Shown piece by piece: positions 36,310 to 49,804 of a stretch of DNA of 53,121 nucleotides; position 1 is the stretch's first letter, and each line of letters begins with the position of its first letter. The notes below the pieces were generated by a model. That model did no database searches and was not told the DNA's origin. It saw only the letters and a program-made list of their open reading frames with translations. The DNA is taken from NCBI GenBank assembly GCA_018398765.1, contig JAHBMJ010000227.1, positions 1 to 53,121 of the forward strand. Direction: 5' to 3'. The translations under genes and the position numbers were made by a program. This DNA comes from Chromera velia (lineage: Eukaryota).

Positions 36310-37011
36310 TCAATTGAGTCCAAGAAAAGTCTCTACTTGTAAAAGGACCTCCCCCGCAGTCATTTCTGCCGTCTCCACTCGAACCACACACATTCGCTCC
36401 TCGTCCTCCCCCCGCTCCTCCTGGTGCGCTTTTCCAGGGTCCACCAACATGTCCCGTCTCTCTTCAAATGTGGGGGGGAGGGAGGGGTTCTCGTAACTCA
36501 TCAAAAACTCCTCAACGCTCTGGCCTTTTTCACTAGCCTGTTCTTCCAATCGCTTCAGTTTCCGAGCTCTCAAGACTTCAGGCGACACACACAAGTCGAC
36601 AATCACCAGGTTCTCTCCTAGCTTTTCCCTCAGGAAGTCACGGAACCTTCGATGAAGTACAGCATGACTGAGCACTATGCGGCTTTCGGGAGCACTCGCA
36701 CGGACCTGCAGCACTTCCGGAGCCATAGCGTCATACAATTCCTGTGCCGCTGTGAAATCAGGATCCTCTCCTGCCGACAGCTTCAGGTAGTAATCTGTGC
36801 AGAAACGCTCCCGCAACCGCGTGATGCTCTCCGGGCAATTGGCCATTTCTTCTGCAGTTGGGATCAGAGCAGCCTGCTTGACTGGGTCGAGGCCGTACAT
36901 CCAGGCGTCTCCATCGAAGTGGCAGAAGCCGTGCTTGGACTTCAGGGCCTCTCCCACAGTGGTCTTGCCCCCTCCAGAGACGCCACAGATCAAAACGAAA
37001 GTACTGGCCAT
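36310..37011 (-). CDS. P-loop small-molecule kinase (gluconokinase/shikimate kinase-like), intronless
   Basis: First ATG 37011: MASTFVLICGVSGGGKTTVGEAL...FCHFDGDAW (compare GntK GVSGSGKS/T...DGD); lid-like LCVSPEVLRARKLKR. Confidence 0.82.
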   Translation of the reverse strand: MASTFVLICGVSGGGKTTVGEALKSKHGFCHFDGDAWMYGLDPVKQAALIPTAEEMANCPESITRLRERFCTDYYLKLSAGEDPDFTAAQELYDAMAPEVLQVRASAPESRIVLSHAVLHRRFRDFLREKLGENLVIVDLCVSPEVLRARKLKRLEEQASEKGQSVEEFLMSYENPSLPPTFEERRDMLVDPGKAHQEERGEDEERMCVVRVETAEMTAGEVLLQVETFLGLN

Positions 37012-37404
37012 TGGAGGGAATGGAAGGGAACTAGCTGGCCTCTCGGCGCCCCGTCTACATATTTTAGCGATTCGGCCAGGATTAAAAAAAGCCGTCTCTG
37101 AGCTCAGCCGTTCCACGCATGAAGTCTGACAGATCCGAAGGGTTTGCACCCCGGGGCTGCGTACGACCGGAAGATTTTGTGGGGTGGAAGTGTCGGGAAG
37201 AGGACGCTCATGGACTCTCTACTGCATGGGCTCACAAGGACTAGGGTTTGCTGGTCCAGGCTGGAAGATACTCCACGCAATGACCCACTTGACGCAGGGA
37301 TGTTCCCCGCGTCTCTGCATGCCGTCCCCCGCGCGCGTAGCTCGGCAAGCCTGCAGCTATAGGGATCGAGGCCCGAGGGGGATGGATATCCCGGATGGAT
37401 CTGC

Positions 37405-37460
37405 GTGGCCGCGCGGTTCCGCGGGCCGGGGCCACGGAGCGCCGCGCGCGGCCGCGCGGG
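37405..37460. promoter_or_regulatory. Very GC/CpG-rich patch in the divergent kinase/LRR intergenic region (candidate bidirectional promoter element)
   Basis: GGCCGCGCGGTTCCGCGGGCCGGGGCCACGGAGCGCCGCGCGCGGCCGCGCGGG roughly midway between ATGs 37011 (-) and 37915 (+). Confidence 0.4.
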
Positions 37461-37914
37461 ATTTGCTCGGAATTTTCCGAACTCTCATGAACTCTCGGAC
37501 GAAATCCACCGCCTTAATTCGATTCGATCATCTCTAGCTCCGAAGGAATTCAGCATCATTGAATCATATTGCACCAATGCATGGTGCGACATTGGTGCGA
37601 CTAAGAGAGAGTTGCACTGGGAAATGTAGGTACTAACTTGGATTTCAATCGAAAAGAATGCCATGCTGGAGTTTTCGGCTTTTTTGACTTACTTCATTGC
37701 AGACGTCTCGCGAGAATCTTTGAGGGAGCCGCCCAATCCAGAGAATCATTTCAGTGCATGAGCCTCTGGCAGAAAAGCAACTCACTGGGATCTGGAGGTT
37801 CTGGAAATTTTGTTTTGGCCTGTGCCTCTCTCTAGAGAAAGATTGGCTGTCTGCCTCGGTGTCATTCCATTGAGGGTGCTCGTCTTCTCTCCTCTCATCA
37901 CCCGTCTCTCGAGA

Positions 37915-39181
37915 ATGTCCACAGAAGGAACTCTCCCCATGCATGAGGAAGGTAAGATGCGCTGGCTGTGATCACACAAGCCATTCCTCCAGTTCCAGCT
38001 TCGTGGAGTCGTTTGTATCCTTTCTCCTTGTGATTTGCGTTTGCAGGGCAGGGGCCGAACAAGGATGGTGCAGCCCTTGGCGTCTCCTCCCAGTTATCAA
38101 CGGAGGAGGAGACGTTCCTCAAACTGATGAAGAGCGCGGAAGTGAATTCTCAGGTCGGCAGGAGGGGGGTCTGGTAATCATGGAGGGAAAAAGGGAGAGG
38201 GAGGCACGGTTCGCTTCTCCTGGACTGTCCTTAAAATTCTTCTCTTATTTTTTCTCTGACTGCTTTCGTTCAGATGTATTCAGTGATCCTCGTTTCCTTT
38301 TCTTAATTGCCTTTTGGAGCTCTTCGACCGTCTGCCAAGAGATTGATTTCTCACCACCTGCTTCCTTCAAGAATGAATGTTCGGTCCCCCAATCTGCTTT
38401 CCTCTTGATTCTTTTCATCAACGACTACATGTCATTTCAGAGCGCCCCTCCTGTCTCCACTTGTGGTCATGAGTCATTTCAGAGCGCCCCTCCTGTCTCC
38501 ACTTGTGGTCATTGTGCAGGAATTGTCGGAGATGGCATCTGGACGGGACGGGTACGCAATGGCATTTCTGTGCCTCTCTTCAGTGCAGAAGGTGGGTTGT
38601 TTCATTGACATGAGCTGAGGGAGACCCAGATTTTTCGCTGTGGTTCTCTTGAGGATATCGAAACACTCTCACCAGTTGAGCCACTTGATCTGCTCCTGGC
38701 GCCATGCATCTTCACAGTTCATGCAAAAGTTGGTTAGCTTCGAACAGAATCTGTGTACACCGTTTAATAAAACGCAAGTTGTGGACTTCTGAAGAGAGAC
38801 ATTCTTTGCCTCTCTGGTTAATTAGCCGAAAGTGCTGACAATAAAAATCTTTCTTCGAGTCATTTCTCTCTTAATTCGTTCTGTTGTCACTGACTGCAGG
38901 GGACGCTTCGAGGAGTTCCCCTCCGACGTCTCGATTTGTCCGGTAAGGCAGCTCTTCGGGGGAGGGGGGCAGAGCGTTTCATCTTTTTTCCCCCAGCTTT
39001 GTTGACCTTGCAACCGTAGGCTGGTGAGGGTCATTTCTCGTGGGGGTGCATGTGGGTGAAAGCGCGAGTGAGATTAATTCCCAGAATGCGCTGATGGCTT
39101 TTCTTCACCTCTGCGTGTGAACGTCCTGTCCGTGGGATTCCTGTTGACTTTCTGCGTTGAGTCTCTCTTTGTTTCCCTCGG

Positions 39182-39216
<35 letters not shown>

Positions 39217-40135
39217 CAGACTGCACGTTATCTCCTCGGAGGATTTTTTTCCTTCTCGATCTTCTGCCGGAGTCCATTGAGGAAATGAAACTGGGTGGGT
39301 GGGTGGGTGGATCGGTAGGGTCACTTGGGGAGAGGTGGAATGAGGGGAGGGAGGGAAGGAACATAGGAGGGTTGAAGAGAAGTGCAGCCAGGGGTTGTTT
39401 CCTCTTTCACTGCTTCAAGTCACAAGAGAGAGACGAAAGAAAACGACGTGCGATGATCCGAAGGTTCCTCCCTCGATCTTCTTTTGTTTCTCCATAATGC
39501 TCTCACTTAAAAGTTTTTCTTTCATCTTATGTTCTCTTTTCTTCACTCAGCTTGGCTCTGTATGATGTGAGCCTTTCTGCTTTTGCTGTCTTTCCCTTTC
39601 GTGTCCTTTGATTTCCCTTTGGTGTTTTCACCTTGGAGGAAGTAGGGTGACTGCCTTTTTCAAGTTGCAGGAAAGGAAAGAGTGCAGGAGGCAATTTTGG
39701 CTTCCTGTCTGATTCCTGTCTCGTCTATGACTTCCATCGACGCTCATCACTGCATGACCATAGATGAAAAGGAAGGCCGGAGCATTAATTTCTCTCTGTA
39801 TGCATGCATGCAGGCCCTGCTGCCGTGAGGGGTGCCGCTTGTCCGCTTCTCTGTCAATTCCTCGGGAGAGTGGGACAGTCGGCCTCTCAACAAGGAGGGG
39901 GGGGTGGGCCGCGTCTGAAGAGCCTGAGCTTTGCCCGTAAGTCCGCATGCATGCATGCACGCATGAAGGCAGCCGACAGCAACTCAGCTGAATACCTTGT
40001 TTCAGAGGGAGTGAGGAGAGACGGAGAAGGGAAAAGAAGTGTTGGGTGTCCCTCTCTCAGAAGTGTGGATCAAGTATGACAAAACCATGCAGGCCTTCTG
40101 CTGCTTTGTTTGAGTGGCCGTGAGATGCCTGGCAG

Positions 40136-40172
<37 letters not shown>

Positions 40173-42352
40173 TACAGTGGACCTCATATAATGGGCAGCT
40201 AAGCATTGGAGTAGGACGGAAACAGCGGGATATAGATGCCATCGCTCAATTTGTTCCTCTACCATGTTTCTTCCCCTTCCCCCCGCCCCTCTTTCCTTTG
40301 CAGGCAACTCACTTGGCCCGTCAGAGGCGCCTCTTGTGTTTGGGGTTTTGCCTCGCGGCCTGGAGACCCTGAGCCTTGAAGGTCGATTGGGGGTGTGGGG
40401 GGAAGGGGGAAGATTTTCTTTGTGGAACTTAAGAAGGGAAAGGAAAAAGTAAATGAGGACGCGTTCGCTTTTCTCTTTCACAACGCTCCATCTTGTCGCG
40501 GTTTGTTCTCCATTTGAGAAGCTCCGGAGTCGATTTTGTTTGTTTCCTCATGTAAAAGGAGACAGGAAACCCCCATGCATGTTACTGACGTTTGCACGTA
40601 CGTCTCCGTCTCCTTCATGCTGTGCACAATAGACCCTCTCACAGGGAAGCAATCGATCGCCCTGCATGCCCATATGCACCTGTCTTCATCTTTCTTTCCA
40701 GACAATTAAGCGGAAATTGAATGTATGTCCATCTTCCTTGTCTTGTTGTCTTTGACATACTGTGCAGGCAACTCTCTCGGCATGGCAGGGACTCAGGCTT
40801 TCGCAGAGGCAGTGAGGGAAGGGAGGGTCTCTTCTGTGAGAGTGCTGAATCTCTCTGAGACCTCCCTGAATGACGGCAACATGGAGATCCTGTCCGCCGC
40901 TTTCGCAGCAGCAAAGCCCCTCAAAGTAGAGAGCCTCTTGCTCGGCTCGAATCGTTTCTTTGGAAAGGCAACGCTCTCCCCATTGCTTCGAAAGGAGACC
41001 TTCCCCTTCTTGAAAAACCTGCAGCTCGCTCGCTGTCGTCTGTCTCATGATTCGTTGACGGGACTGGCAGACAAGATGAAGGAGGGAGAGTTGCTCTCAC
41101 TGGAGAGTCTTGGTCTGGACAGAGTACAGGGTTTGCAATTCCCTGGTAATGAAGACCTCCTCATAGCAGCAGTCGCTTTTGCGGAGGGGTTGCGGGGAGC
41201 TCTAGTACCCTCTTTGAAGACACTCAGTATGAGGGGGGTGTACTTTGTCGGGGCAGCTGCCGATGCTGTGGTGTCGGCTCTCGCCTCTGATGAGGCCCCC
41301 CCCCTCGAGACTGTCGACCTGGACGTCTCTCTTTGTGAAGATCAAAGCACAGCAAGCACAGCGAGTGCAGAAACCGCACGAGTGTTGTGTAGTGGCGAGC
41401 TCCGTTGCCTTCGGAGCGTGGGAGTGGAGATTGACCGTCTCCATGGGGCTGTATTCATTCAGGGAGTGATAGATGCTCCTGAGCCGCCCCCCTGGCGGGA
41501 TCTTTCTCTGTTTGTCGACTTGAAATCATGTCAGATGGAGGAGGCAAGTCAGATACAGGAGGCCCTCGCAGATGCTTTCCGTGTTGAGCGCCTGTCTGTG
41601 CTTCGGAAGTTTGACCTATCAGGGGGAGGCGACAAAGTCACAAGGGAGAGTATGGAGAGTTTGTTTCTCAGGGGGGCGGGAGAGACTGAAAGCGGTCTTC
41701 CCTTTCTTGAGTCTTTAAATTTGTCTTGCACGTTGGCAGGAGATGGAATAGAATATCTGGGGGGGATTATTCGGTCAGGGAAAATGTCGAGTCTCGTTGA
41801 ACTCGACCTGAGCATGAGTGAGCTGAACGTCGAGGGGATGGGGTTCTTTGGGGAACTTGTTAGGGGAGGGTATTTGTCAAAACTCCAGACACTGAGACTG
41901 TCAGACAACGGTTTTGGGGCGGAAGATATGAATGCATTTTTTGGGGGTGTGTGCAACTCGGAGCAAGGTCTCCCTGCTCTGAAGATTCTAGACCTTCTTG
42001 GGTCATGGGGTTCAACTTGGAGGGCCTTCCAAGAGCCCTCAGGGAGGGGAAGTTGGGGAGCTTAGAGAAGCTCGACCTCACTCATTCCAGCCTCCTCAAC
42101 AATGACTTGCTTTCCCTTGCAGAAGCGTTCCAAGCAGGCAAGGCACTTCACCTAACATCCCTGCGTCTGCCGTTCAATCTCCATATCACCGAGGAGGGAG
42201 TCAGGAACTTTCTTAAAACCCTCGAGCCTCAGTCGCTACCGAAGCTGCAGCACTTCGATCTGCATGCCACCTCTGTCAATGAAGACAGACGCAGAGCCCT
42301 TCTGTTAGAGGCGCAAGCGGGGGGCAAGATGCTCTCGGTCGCTAGGATGTAA
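37915..42352 (+). pseudogene. RNI-like leucine-rich repeat gene, 8 exons, 1-nt deletion at ~41996 (truncated allele, pseudogene or sequencing error)
   Basis: Phase-consistent exons 37915-37951, 38047-38153, 38520-38591, 38900-38942, 39220-39294, 39814-39936, 40304-40381, 40768-42352. Repeats such as LSKLQTLRLSDNGFG and LVELDLSMSEL. Frame switches at LKILDL/SWVMGFNLEGL...LGSLEKLDLTHS. Confidence 0.8.
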
Positions 42353-43689
42353 AAGAGTCTTAAAAGGACAAAGCTATAGAGACAAAGTTATTTTTTGACG
42401 AATTTAATAATGAATTCAACTTAATCTTTAAATACCAATATAATAAATAGTAATTTACTATTAGATCTAGTTACAATTCTAGTATAAGACTAGGTATAAG
42501 ATCCGCAAAAATGATTAGCATCGGCGATTATTACTAAAATAATTTACTATAATTTGTTAGGTGTTAAACGCTAGGTTAAACGTTAAGTATATAACTCAAA
42601 TAATTTAATTTTTAAAAATAAGTCATATTATCATGTTTCCTGCAGCTCTAGGTTGCGGGAGCTATGGCTGGTCTCAATGGTCTGCTTGTTGCACAGCTGT
42701 GGCTTGGTCATGAGGCTAGTCATCAGGCAAAAATTTGCCAAAAAAGTAGTAAAAACAAAAATCCAAAAACATTGAGCTGTCATCCTTTCCCTCTGCTCCC
42801 ATCCTTCCCCCCCCGACCCCGTTTTAATATCTATGCCTAGATTTATACAGCCCTTGCAAGAATAACATAGTTTTCTATCTTTCTGTGAACAAGAGAAAGT
42901 CTTACCTAGAGTCTTGCTTGGGGAATGGAAAGCAACCCTAGCAGGGCCAACGAAAGAGATAAAACAGAATGGTAGTAATATTTCTGATTGAGTTGATCAA
43001 TTATGATAAATAAAAGAAAAAGAAAAGATCGGGCTAGAGATCGGGAAGCTTTTTTTTTCTAGTTTTTTTTTTTTATGGAGTGCAGGGCCTAGCCTTCCTG
43101 GGGAGAAAGTCAAAAGATAACTTTTCCTTTTTCATATCTATCTCTGCACAATGTTGCATGCAAATTAAGAACGAGACGGGGCAGAAACAAAAAAAACATT
43201 AGGAATTGCTTCTTAAAATGTCCAGATGCAAGATGCAGGCCATCTAGCAGGCCGTTGACCATATTAGGATTAGATCTACTATCGCTATACTTAATAATAC
43301 TTCCGGATCACATCTTATACAGAGAAGTCTGTCAGATCCCTACAGTAGACCCTACTCGTTGCATACAAGGCCTCAGAGTGAGAGAGCTACGCATTGTACT
43401 CTGACAGTACTCACTGATCGATCGATCGGGATTTGATTCATGTAAACCTGCCATGAGTGGCGCGGCCATGCACAACGGCTCCACAATGCGCGCACGGGCG
43501 GGCACGGCACTGGCTCTGCAATGCGCGGCGCCTCGCCTCGCCCCCCCCACTCATACTAAGCTGCTCAATGACTTTGTCTTTGGTTGTAAGGCCATGCAAC
43601 GGCGGTCCTCCATCATCCTATTGTAACCCACTGAACATCTAGCTCAACGCACCCTCACTGTTCTAATACGCACTCCCCTTCCTACTTCA

Positions 43690-46600
43690 CCATCTTGCAC
43701 GACAGAGACAGAAGGGACGAGCAAAAACAAAAGTGGGTCCGTCTAGACTCATTTATTTGCGTCCCTCGGTGACAAACGGTGGCAGCGAGACACATCCGCC
43801 GACTACGCTAATGTACGGTCGCCTTCAAAGGCGCTTGGCTGACTGGCTGACTAACATTCTCAGACTGACATGGGCCCCCCCCTGTTGCTTTCGACTTGCA
43901 GCAAAGGGATCGCGCTACCCAGGCCCGACCACCATGCCCGACAGACAGACAGACAGACAGACAGACAGAAGAAGACGCCAGCAGGTGCATCTGAATCAGC
44001 AGTCACACCACACGCCTTTGCCATTGCGAGCGTCAAAAAGGTACACCAATAGCTCGGCAGCAGACATCAGCAGGCCTGCAAAGATACACACAGTCAGACA
44101 GAGAGACAAAGACAGAAGAGGGATACCCCACCCCCATACGAGCCTTCAGGGTCTCTTCGGAGACCGAGAGGACACTCGCTTGGAGGGTCTTTCACCTCAA
44201 CTCCCGCCGCTCAAGGCTTCCCTCCACCCCGCATCGATGCACATGAGTAGAGCCCCCCCCCCCCGTGCTTTGCACCTGCCTGCATACTATCGATGATCAA
44301 CAAAGCTTCTGAATTCTGTGGATCCCCCCCCCATCCCCGGTGATAAAACGTTGAAGACGCTTTAACACAACTGGCTGCCTAACACTGATTTGCCGCACGA
44401 CTAATACACCAGTACTATCACTCACATACTAGTCGAGTTGAGTGTGTTTGTCTGTTAGTAAATGTGTTCGTCTGCTGATCTAATCGGCCTTGCTGGAGCC
44501 AACCAAAATAGAGAGAAGACAAAGAGAAAAGAAGGTAATTTAAAAAACGGGACAGACAAGAAACAGACCGGAAACCGAGGCACACCCGTCTAAGGACCCG
44601 ATCGAACGTCAAGGAGGCCTTGCAGAGTGCCTTCCTTGCACGGACCCCTTGCCAGTGACTCTCACACAGGGCTTCTGAGCACCCTCCGTTTGCGAAAAAA
44701 AAGAACGGCAGCATCTACAAGCACACAACCATCCACTCTTCTGATCACATACATATCCAGTTACCTGCGCGAGTGCACATACATACACGTAAAGGGGGAA
44801 GAGACAAGCAAAGAAAGCGACAAGCACACACAAGCAGGCGGAGGCAAAAGGAGCGAGACGAACTCACACAGAAAACTAGAAACAAAGAGCCACACAATCA
44901 TGAGAACTCAGGGCGCCTAAAGGAAACTTTAGGCCATCTTGCACGACAGAGACAGAAGGGGCGAGCAAAAACAAAAGTGGGTCCGTCTAGACTCATTTAT
45001 TTGCATCCCTCGGTGATAGACGGTGGCAGCGAGACACATCCGCTGACTACGCCAATGTACGGCCGCCTTCAAAGGCGCTTGGCTGACTGGCTGACTAACA
45101 TTCTCAGACTGACATGCGCCCCCCCCTGTTGCTTTCGACTTGCAGCAAAGGGATCGCGCTACCCAGGCCCGACCACCATGCCCGACAGACAGACAGACAG
45201 ACAGAGAGACAGAAGAAGACGCCAGCAGGTGCATCTGAATCAGCAGTCACACTGCATGCATTTGCCATTGCGAGCGTCAAAAAGGTACACCAACAGCTTG
45301 GCAGCAGATATCAGCAGCCTGAGGCCTGCAAAGACACACACAGTCAGACAGAGAGACAGAGACAGAGGAAGGGCACCCCACCCCCATACGAGCCTTCAGG
45401 GTCTCTTCGGAGACTGAGAGGACACTCGCTCGGAGGGTCTTTCACCTCAACTCCCGCCGCTCAAGGCTTCCCTCTACCCCGCATCGATGCACATGAGTAG
45501 AGCCCCCCCCCGTGCTTTGCACCTGCCTGTATGCTATTGACGATCAACAAAGCTTCTGAATTCTGTGGATCCCCCCCCCATCCCCGGCGACAAAATGTTG
45601 AAGACGCTTTAACACAACTGGCTGCCCAACACTGATTTGCCGCACGACTAATACACCAGTACTATCACTGACGTACTAGTGGAGTTAAGTTTGTTCGTCT
45701 GCTGCTGAATGTGTTCGTCTGCTGATCTAATCGGCCTCGCTGGAGCCAACCAAAATAGAGAAAAGACAAAGAGAAAGGAAGGTAATTTAAAAAACGGGAC
45801 AGACAAGAAACAGACTGGAAACCGAGGCACACGCGTCTGAGGACCCGATCGAATGTCGAGGAGGCCTTGCAGAGTGCCTTCCTTACACGGACCGCTTGCC
45901 AGTGACTCTCACACAGGGCTTCTGAGCACCCTCCGTTTGCGAAAAAAAAGAACGGCAGGACCTGCAAGCACATAACCATCCACTTTTCTGATCACGTAAA
46001 CACCCAGTTACCTGCGCGAGCGCACATACACAGATATAAAGGGGGAAGAGACAAGCAAAGAAAGCGATAAGCACACACAAGCAGGCGGAGGTAAAAGGAG
46101 CGAGACGAACTCACACAGAAAACTAGAAACAAAGAGCCGCACAATCATGAGAACTCAGGGCGCCTAAAGGAAACTTTAGGCCATCTTGCACGACAGAGAC
46201 AGAAGGGGCGAGCAAAAGCAAAAGTGGGTCCGTCCAGACTCATTTATTTGCATCCCTCGGTGACAGACGGTGGCAGCGAGACACATCCGCCGACTATACT
46301 AATGTACGGCCGCCTTCAAAGGCGCTTGGCTGACTGGCTGACTAACATTCTCAGATTGACACGCGCCCCCCCCTGTTGCTTTCGACTTGCAGCAAAGGGA
46401 TCGCGCTACCCAGGCCCGACCACCACGCCCGATAGACAGACAGATAGACAGATAGAAGAAGACGCCAGCAGGTGCATCTGAATTAGCAGTCACACCAGAT
46501 GCCTTTGCCATTGTAAGCATCAAAAAGGTACACCAACAGCTCGGCAGCAGATATCAGCAGCCTGAGGCCTGCAAAGACACACACAGTCAGACAGAGAGAC

Positions 46601-47300
46601 ACAGACAGAAGAAGGGTACCCCACCCCCATACGAGCCTTCAGGGTCTCTTCGGAGACTGAGGGGACACTCGCTCCGAGGGTCTTTCACCTCAACTCCCGC
46701 CGCTTAAGGCTCCCCCCCACCCCGCATCGATGCACATGAGTAGAGCCCCCCCCCGTGCTTTGCACCTGCCTGCATGCTATTGACGGTCAACAAAGTTTTT
46801 GAATTCTGTGGATCCCCCCCCCATCCCCGGTGACAAAATGTTGAAGACGCTTTAACACAACTGGCTGTCCAACACTGATTTGCCGCACGACTAATACACC
46901 AGTACCATCACTCACGTACTAGTGGAGTTGAGTGTGTTCATCTGCTGCTAAATGTGTTCGCCTGCTGATCTAATCGGCCTCGCTGGAGCCAACCAAAATA
47001 GAGAGAAGACAAAGAGAAAGGAAGGTAATTTAAAAAACAGGACAGACAAGAAACAGACTGGAAACCGAGGCACACGCGTCTGAGGACCCGATCAAGCGTT
47101 GAGGAGGCCTTGCAGAGTGCCTTCCTTACATAGACCGCTTGCCAGTGACTCTCACACAGGGCTTCTGAGCACCCTCCGTTTGCGAAAAAAGAACGGCAGC
47201 ATCTGCAAGTACACAACCATCCACTCTTCTGATCACGTAAACACCCAGTGACCTGCGTACGTGCACACACACAAAAAGGGAAGAGACAAGCAAAGAAAGG
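43690..47300. repeat. Tandem triplication of a ~1.25-kb unit (starts 43690, 44934, 46181; third copy incomplete)
   Basis: CCATCTTGCACGACAGAGACAGAAGGG recurs with periods 1244 and 1247; the copies are colinear. No credible ORF. Confidence 0.95.
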
Positions 47301-47389
47301 GACACAAAAAAGCGCACCCGAAGCGGAAAAGATAAAAGGAAATTGTGCAGAAAGCTGGAAAGAGATGGTGATAGCGAGATATATCGGAA

Positions 47390-47518
47390 CAGTTTTTCTT
47401 TCTTTCCTTCTTCTTTTTTTTTGTTTTCTCTTTCTTTCTTTTTCTTTTTTTTCTTTCTTTCTTTCTTTCTTTCTTTCTTTAGAATTCTTTCTTTCTTAGT
47501 TCTTTCCTCCATTCTTCT

Positions 47519-47557
<39 letters not shown>

Positions 47558-48070
47558 GTGTGTGTGTGTGTGTGTGTATGTGTCTCTCTCTCTCTTTGTT
47601 TCTTCCTTCCTTCCTTCGTTCCTCACATTCTTACGGTTGTATTCATTCATTCACTAATTCAGTAGTTCTTTCTTTCCGTCCGTTTTTCTTTTGGTGTGTC
47701 CGTCTTTTTTTTTTCTTTTGTTTGTTCTTTTACTGTTTGTTATACAAATTCAAATCTTAATATACATATCTTGTTCAAGAAAGAGGAGGAGGAACCAACG
47801 ATACAGTCTGTCTTTCTATCTGTGTACCTCTCTGTCTGTGTATGTAACTGAGTGGCTGGCCTTGTCCTCCTTTTTTCCCCCCTCTCTCCCTCCCTCCCTC
47901 TCCGAGAGTATGCATACGTGCGTACGTGGGTCTACATGTATGTGAGTGTGTCTCTGTGTATGAGTGTGTTTGAAAGTATGCTTATGAGTGTGTGTATGTC
48001 AGTGTGTGCGTGTGTGTGAGGTTTTGTATGTACGCGTGTCTGTGCGCCAGGGTGTGTTTGTGTGTGTACA

Positions 48071-48115
<45 letters not shown>

Positions 48116-48250
48116 GATTGTGTGTGTGTATATATGTGTGTGTGTATGTGTGAGGGAGAGAAAAAGAGAGTGAATGTCTGTGTCTGTATGGGTATGTGAG
48201 AGAATGTGTCTATGTATACGTGAGGGTGTGCATGTGTGTGTGTGGGTACG
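47390..48250. repeat. Microsatellite tracts (TTTC)n, (TC)n, (TG)n, (TA)n
   Basis: Direct reading. Confidence 0.9.
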
Positions 48251-49570
48251 TGAGGTTTGTCGTGCAACAGTGTGCAGACTGACTGGCTGGCTGGCTGACT
48301 GATTGTCTTTTGTCCTGCCTCATCCTGTCTAATTCTAGGTAACCTGCTTAGCTGCCTTCCTGCCTATCTATTCATCCACATGGATCCCTGTCTGCCTCTC
48401 TGTTTGCCTGTCTTTCTGTTCCACAATTCCTCCCTCCCAGCATTCTGTGCGGAAATTTGCAGTGCCTTTAAGCTCGGTTCCCCCACTCTGCCTCCCTGCG
48501 CCAGCCCCTTCACCTCTCCCGTTTCCCTTCCTACCTCAACCTGTCTGCCTCACTGTATATGTGCGTGCACGTGCGAGTGTGTGTGTGCGTGTGTTGGATC
48601 TGACTGTAGTGAGAACTCTTGGAGTTTGGCCGGATGCTGCTTCCAGAAACTGCAGCCAAAACATCTTTCTTTTTTGCTTTCTAACTCACATTACACGGTA
48701 ACTTGGATCCTCGGCCGTTGACTGCGACATTCAAAAGAGCTCGGTGTTGTCATGACGTGTCACTGACAGATCAGAGGAGCAAACGTTCAGTCTGGGAAGA
48801 TGTTAACATACCGCCACAATCGACATCATCAAACAAAAGCAACAAGATGCAACAACAACTTAGCACCACATGCATCCGCATGCCCACACGCAAAGCACAT
48901 GCCTATAGCTAGGTTGACTGTCTTCTTCAATGTCTGCATCATCGATCAAAGATGACTGAATCAATGATGAAACTGTTGGAGTCGCTGATTGCATAGCCAG
49001 TATATGGCCATGCAGTTGACCAAATGTAACACTGCATGAATGTCGTGCATGGCAATACATGTCATGCAATTTCTTTAGTGTCTCTCTGGTCCTGTGTCGG
49101 GCTACTATATGCCATGAGCAGACAGCATAGGTATCTACGCAGTGAGAGTGTTTTTTTTTTATGGTTCATTTCGTTTTTGCATGTATGTGGTAGTCAACTT
49201 CGATTCTGATGGTATATGGTTTTCTTTGTTGGTTTTATGTGCCCTCTTTGTGTATTAGCATGTTCGTTTGTGATCTGTGGGGCCTTTTTTATACATGTTT
49301 GAGAGCTCATTCAGTTTTTTGGATCTCTTTGTATTTCGTACGAGGAGTCTGCTCCGTGTTTTCTTTTCATGTCGAAAGCTTCTCACGTTCTTATGGACAA
49401 TGACGGGAGCTTAAGCTTGAGCTTTATGCTCGTCTGTACGTCCTGTTTTATACTCGATTTGGCATTGTCTTTCCTGGTTCCCTTTCGTACGTATGCTGGT
49501 CTTTGGTGTGTCCTGTTCTTCGGCATTTCTTCATCATGTGTCGTCGTGCAACGCCATGCTTCCACTTGAG

Positions 49571-49804
49571 AACCTCCCTGAACCTAAGTGCTACTTGAAA
49601 AAATATAATCAAGATGATCTCTATCTGTCACATCGTTTTTCAAAACACCGTCTACGCCTGCGGCGTAAACAGTCAAGAGACCGCCCAGATATGCGGCTTT
49701 GGCTTTCAAAACACCGTAAATGATCCGCGCCTGCGGCTCGGACTTTCAAACTTATCCAAAAATGTGGCTTAAACTTTTAAATGGTAGTTAGGTTCAGAGA
49801 GGTC
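49571..49804. mobile_element. MITE (~234 bp) with 17-bp TIRs and 8-bp target-site duplication
   Basis: Left AACCTCCCTGAACCTAA; right TTAGGTTCAGAGAGGTC (rc GACCTCTCTGAACCTAA). Flanks CACTTGAG (49563-49570) / CGCTTGAG (49805-49812). Internal repeats TTTCAAAACACCGT and CGCCTGCGGC, two copies each. Confidence 0.82.

Noticed and set aside
38431..38512. 42-bp direct duplication (similar short duplications at 20637-20712 and ~31411-31463)
   Set aside because: Ordinary slippage duplications with no evidence of function.
43453..43554. ATGAGTGG...CCACTCAT inverted repeat around GC-rich DNA
   Set aside because: Only 8 bp and no TSD; could be chance.
43733..44296. ORFs recurring in the 1.25-kb repeat
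   Set aside because: Non-ATG starts, microsatellite-derived peptide (DRQTDRQ), frames not conserved among copies; no LTR (TG..CA, PBS) or RT features seen.
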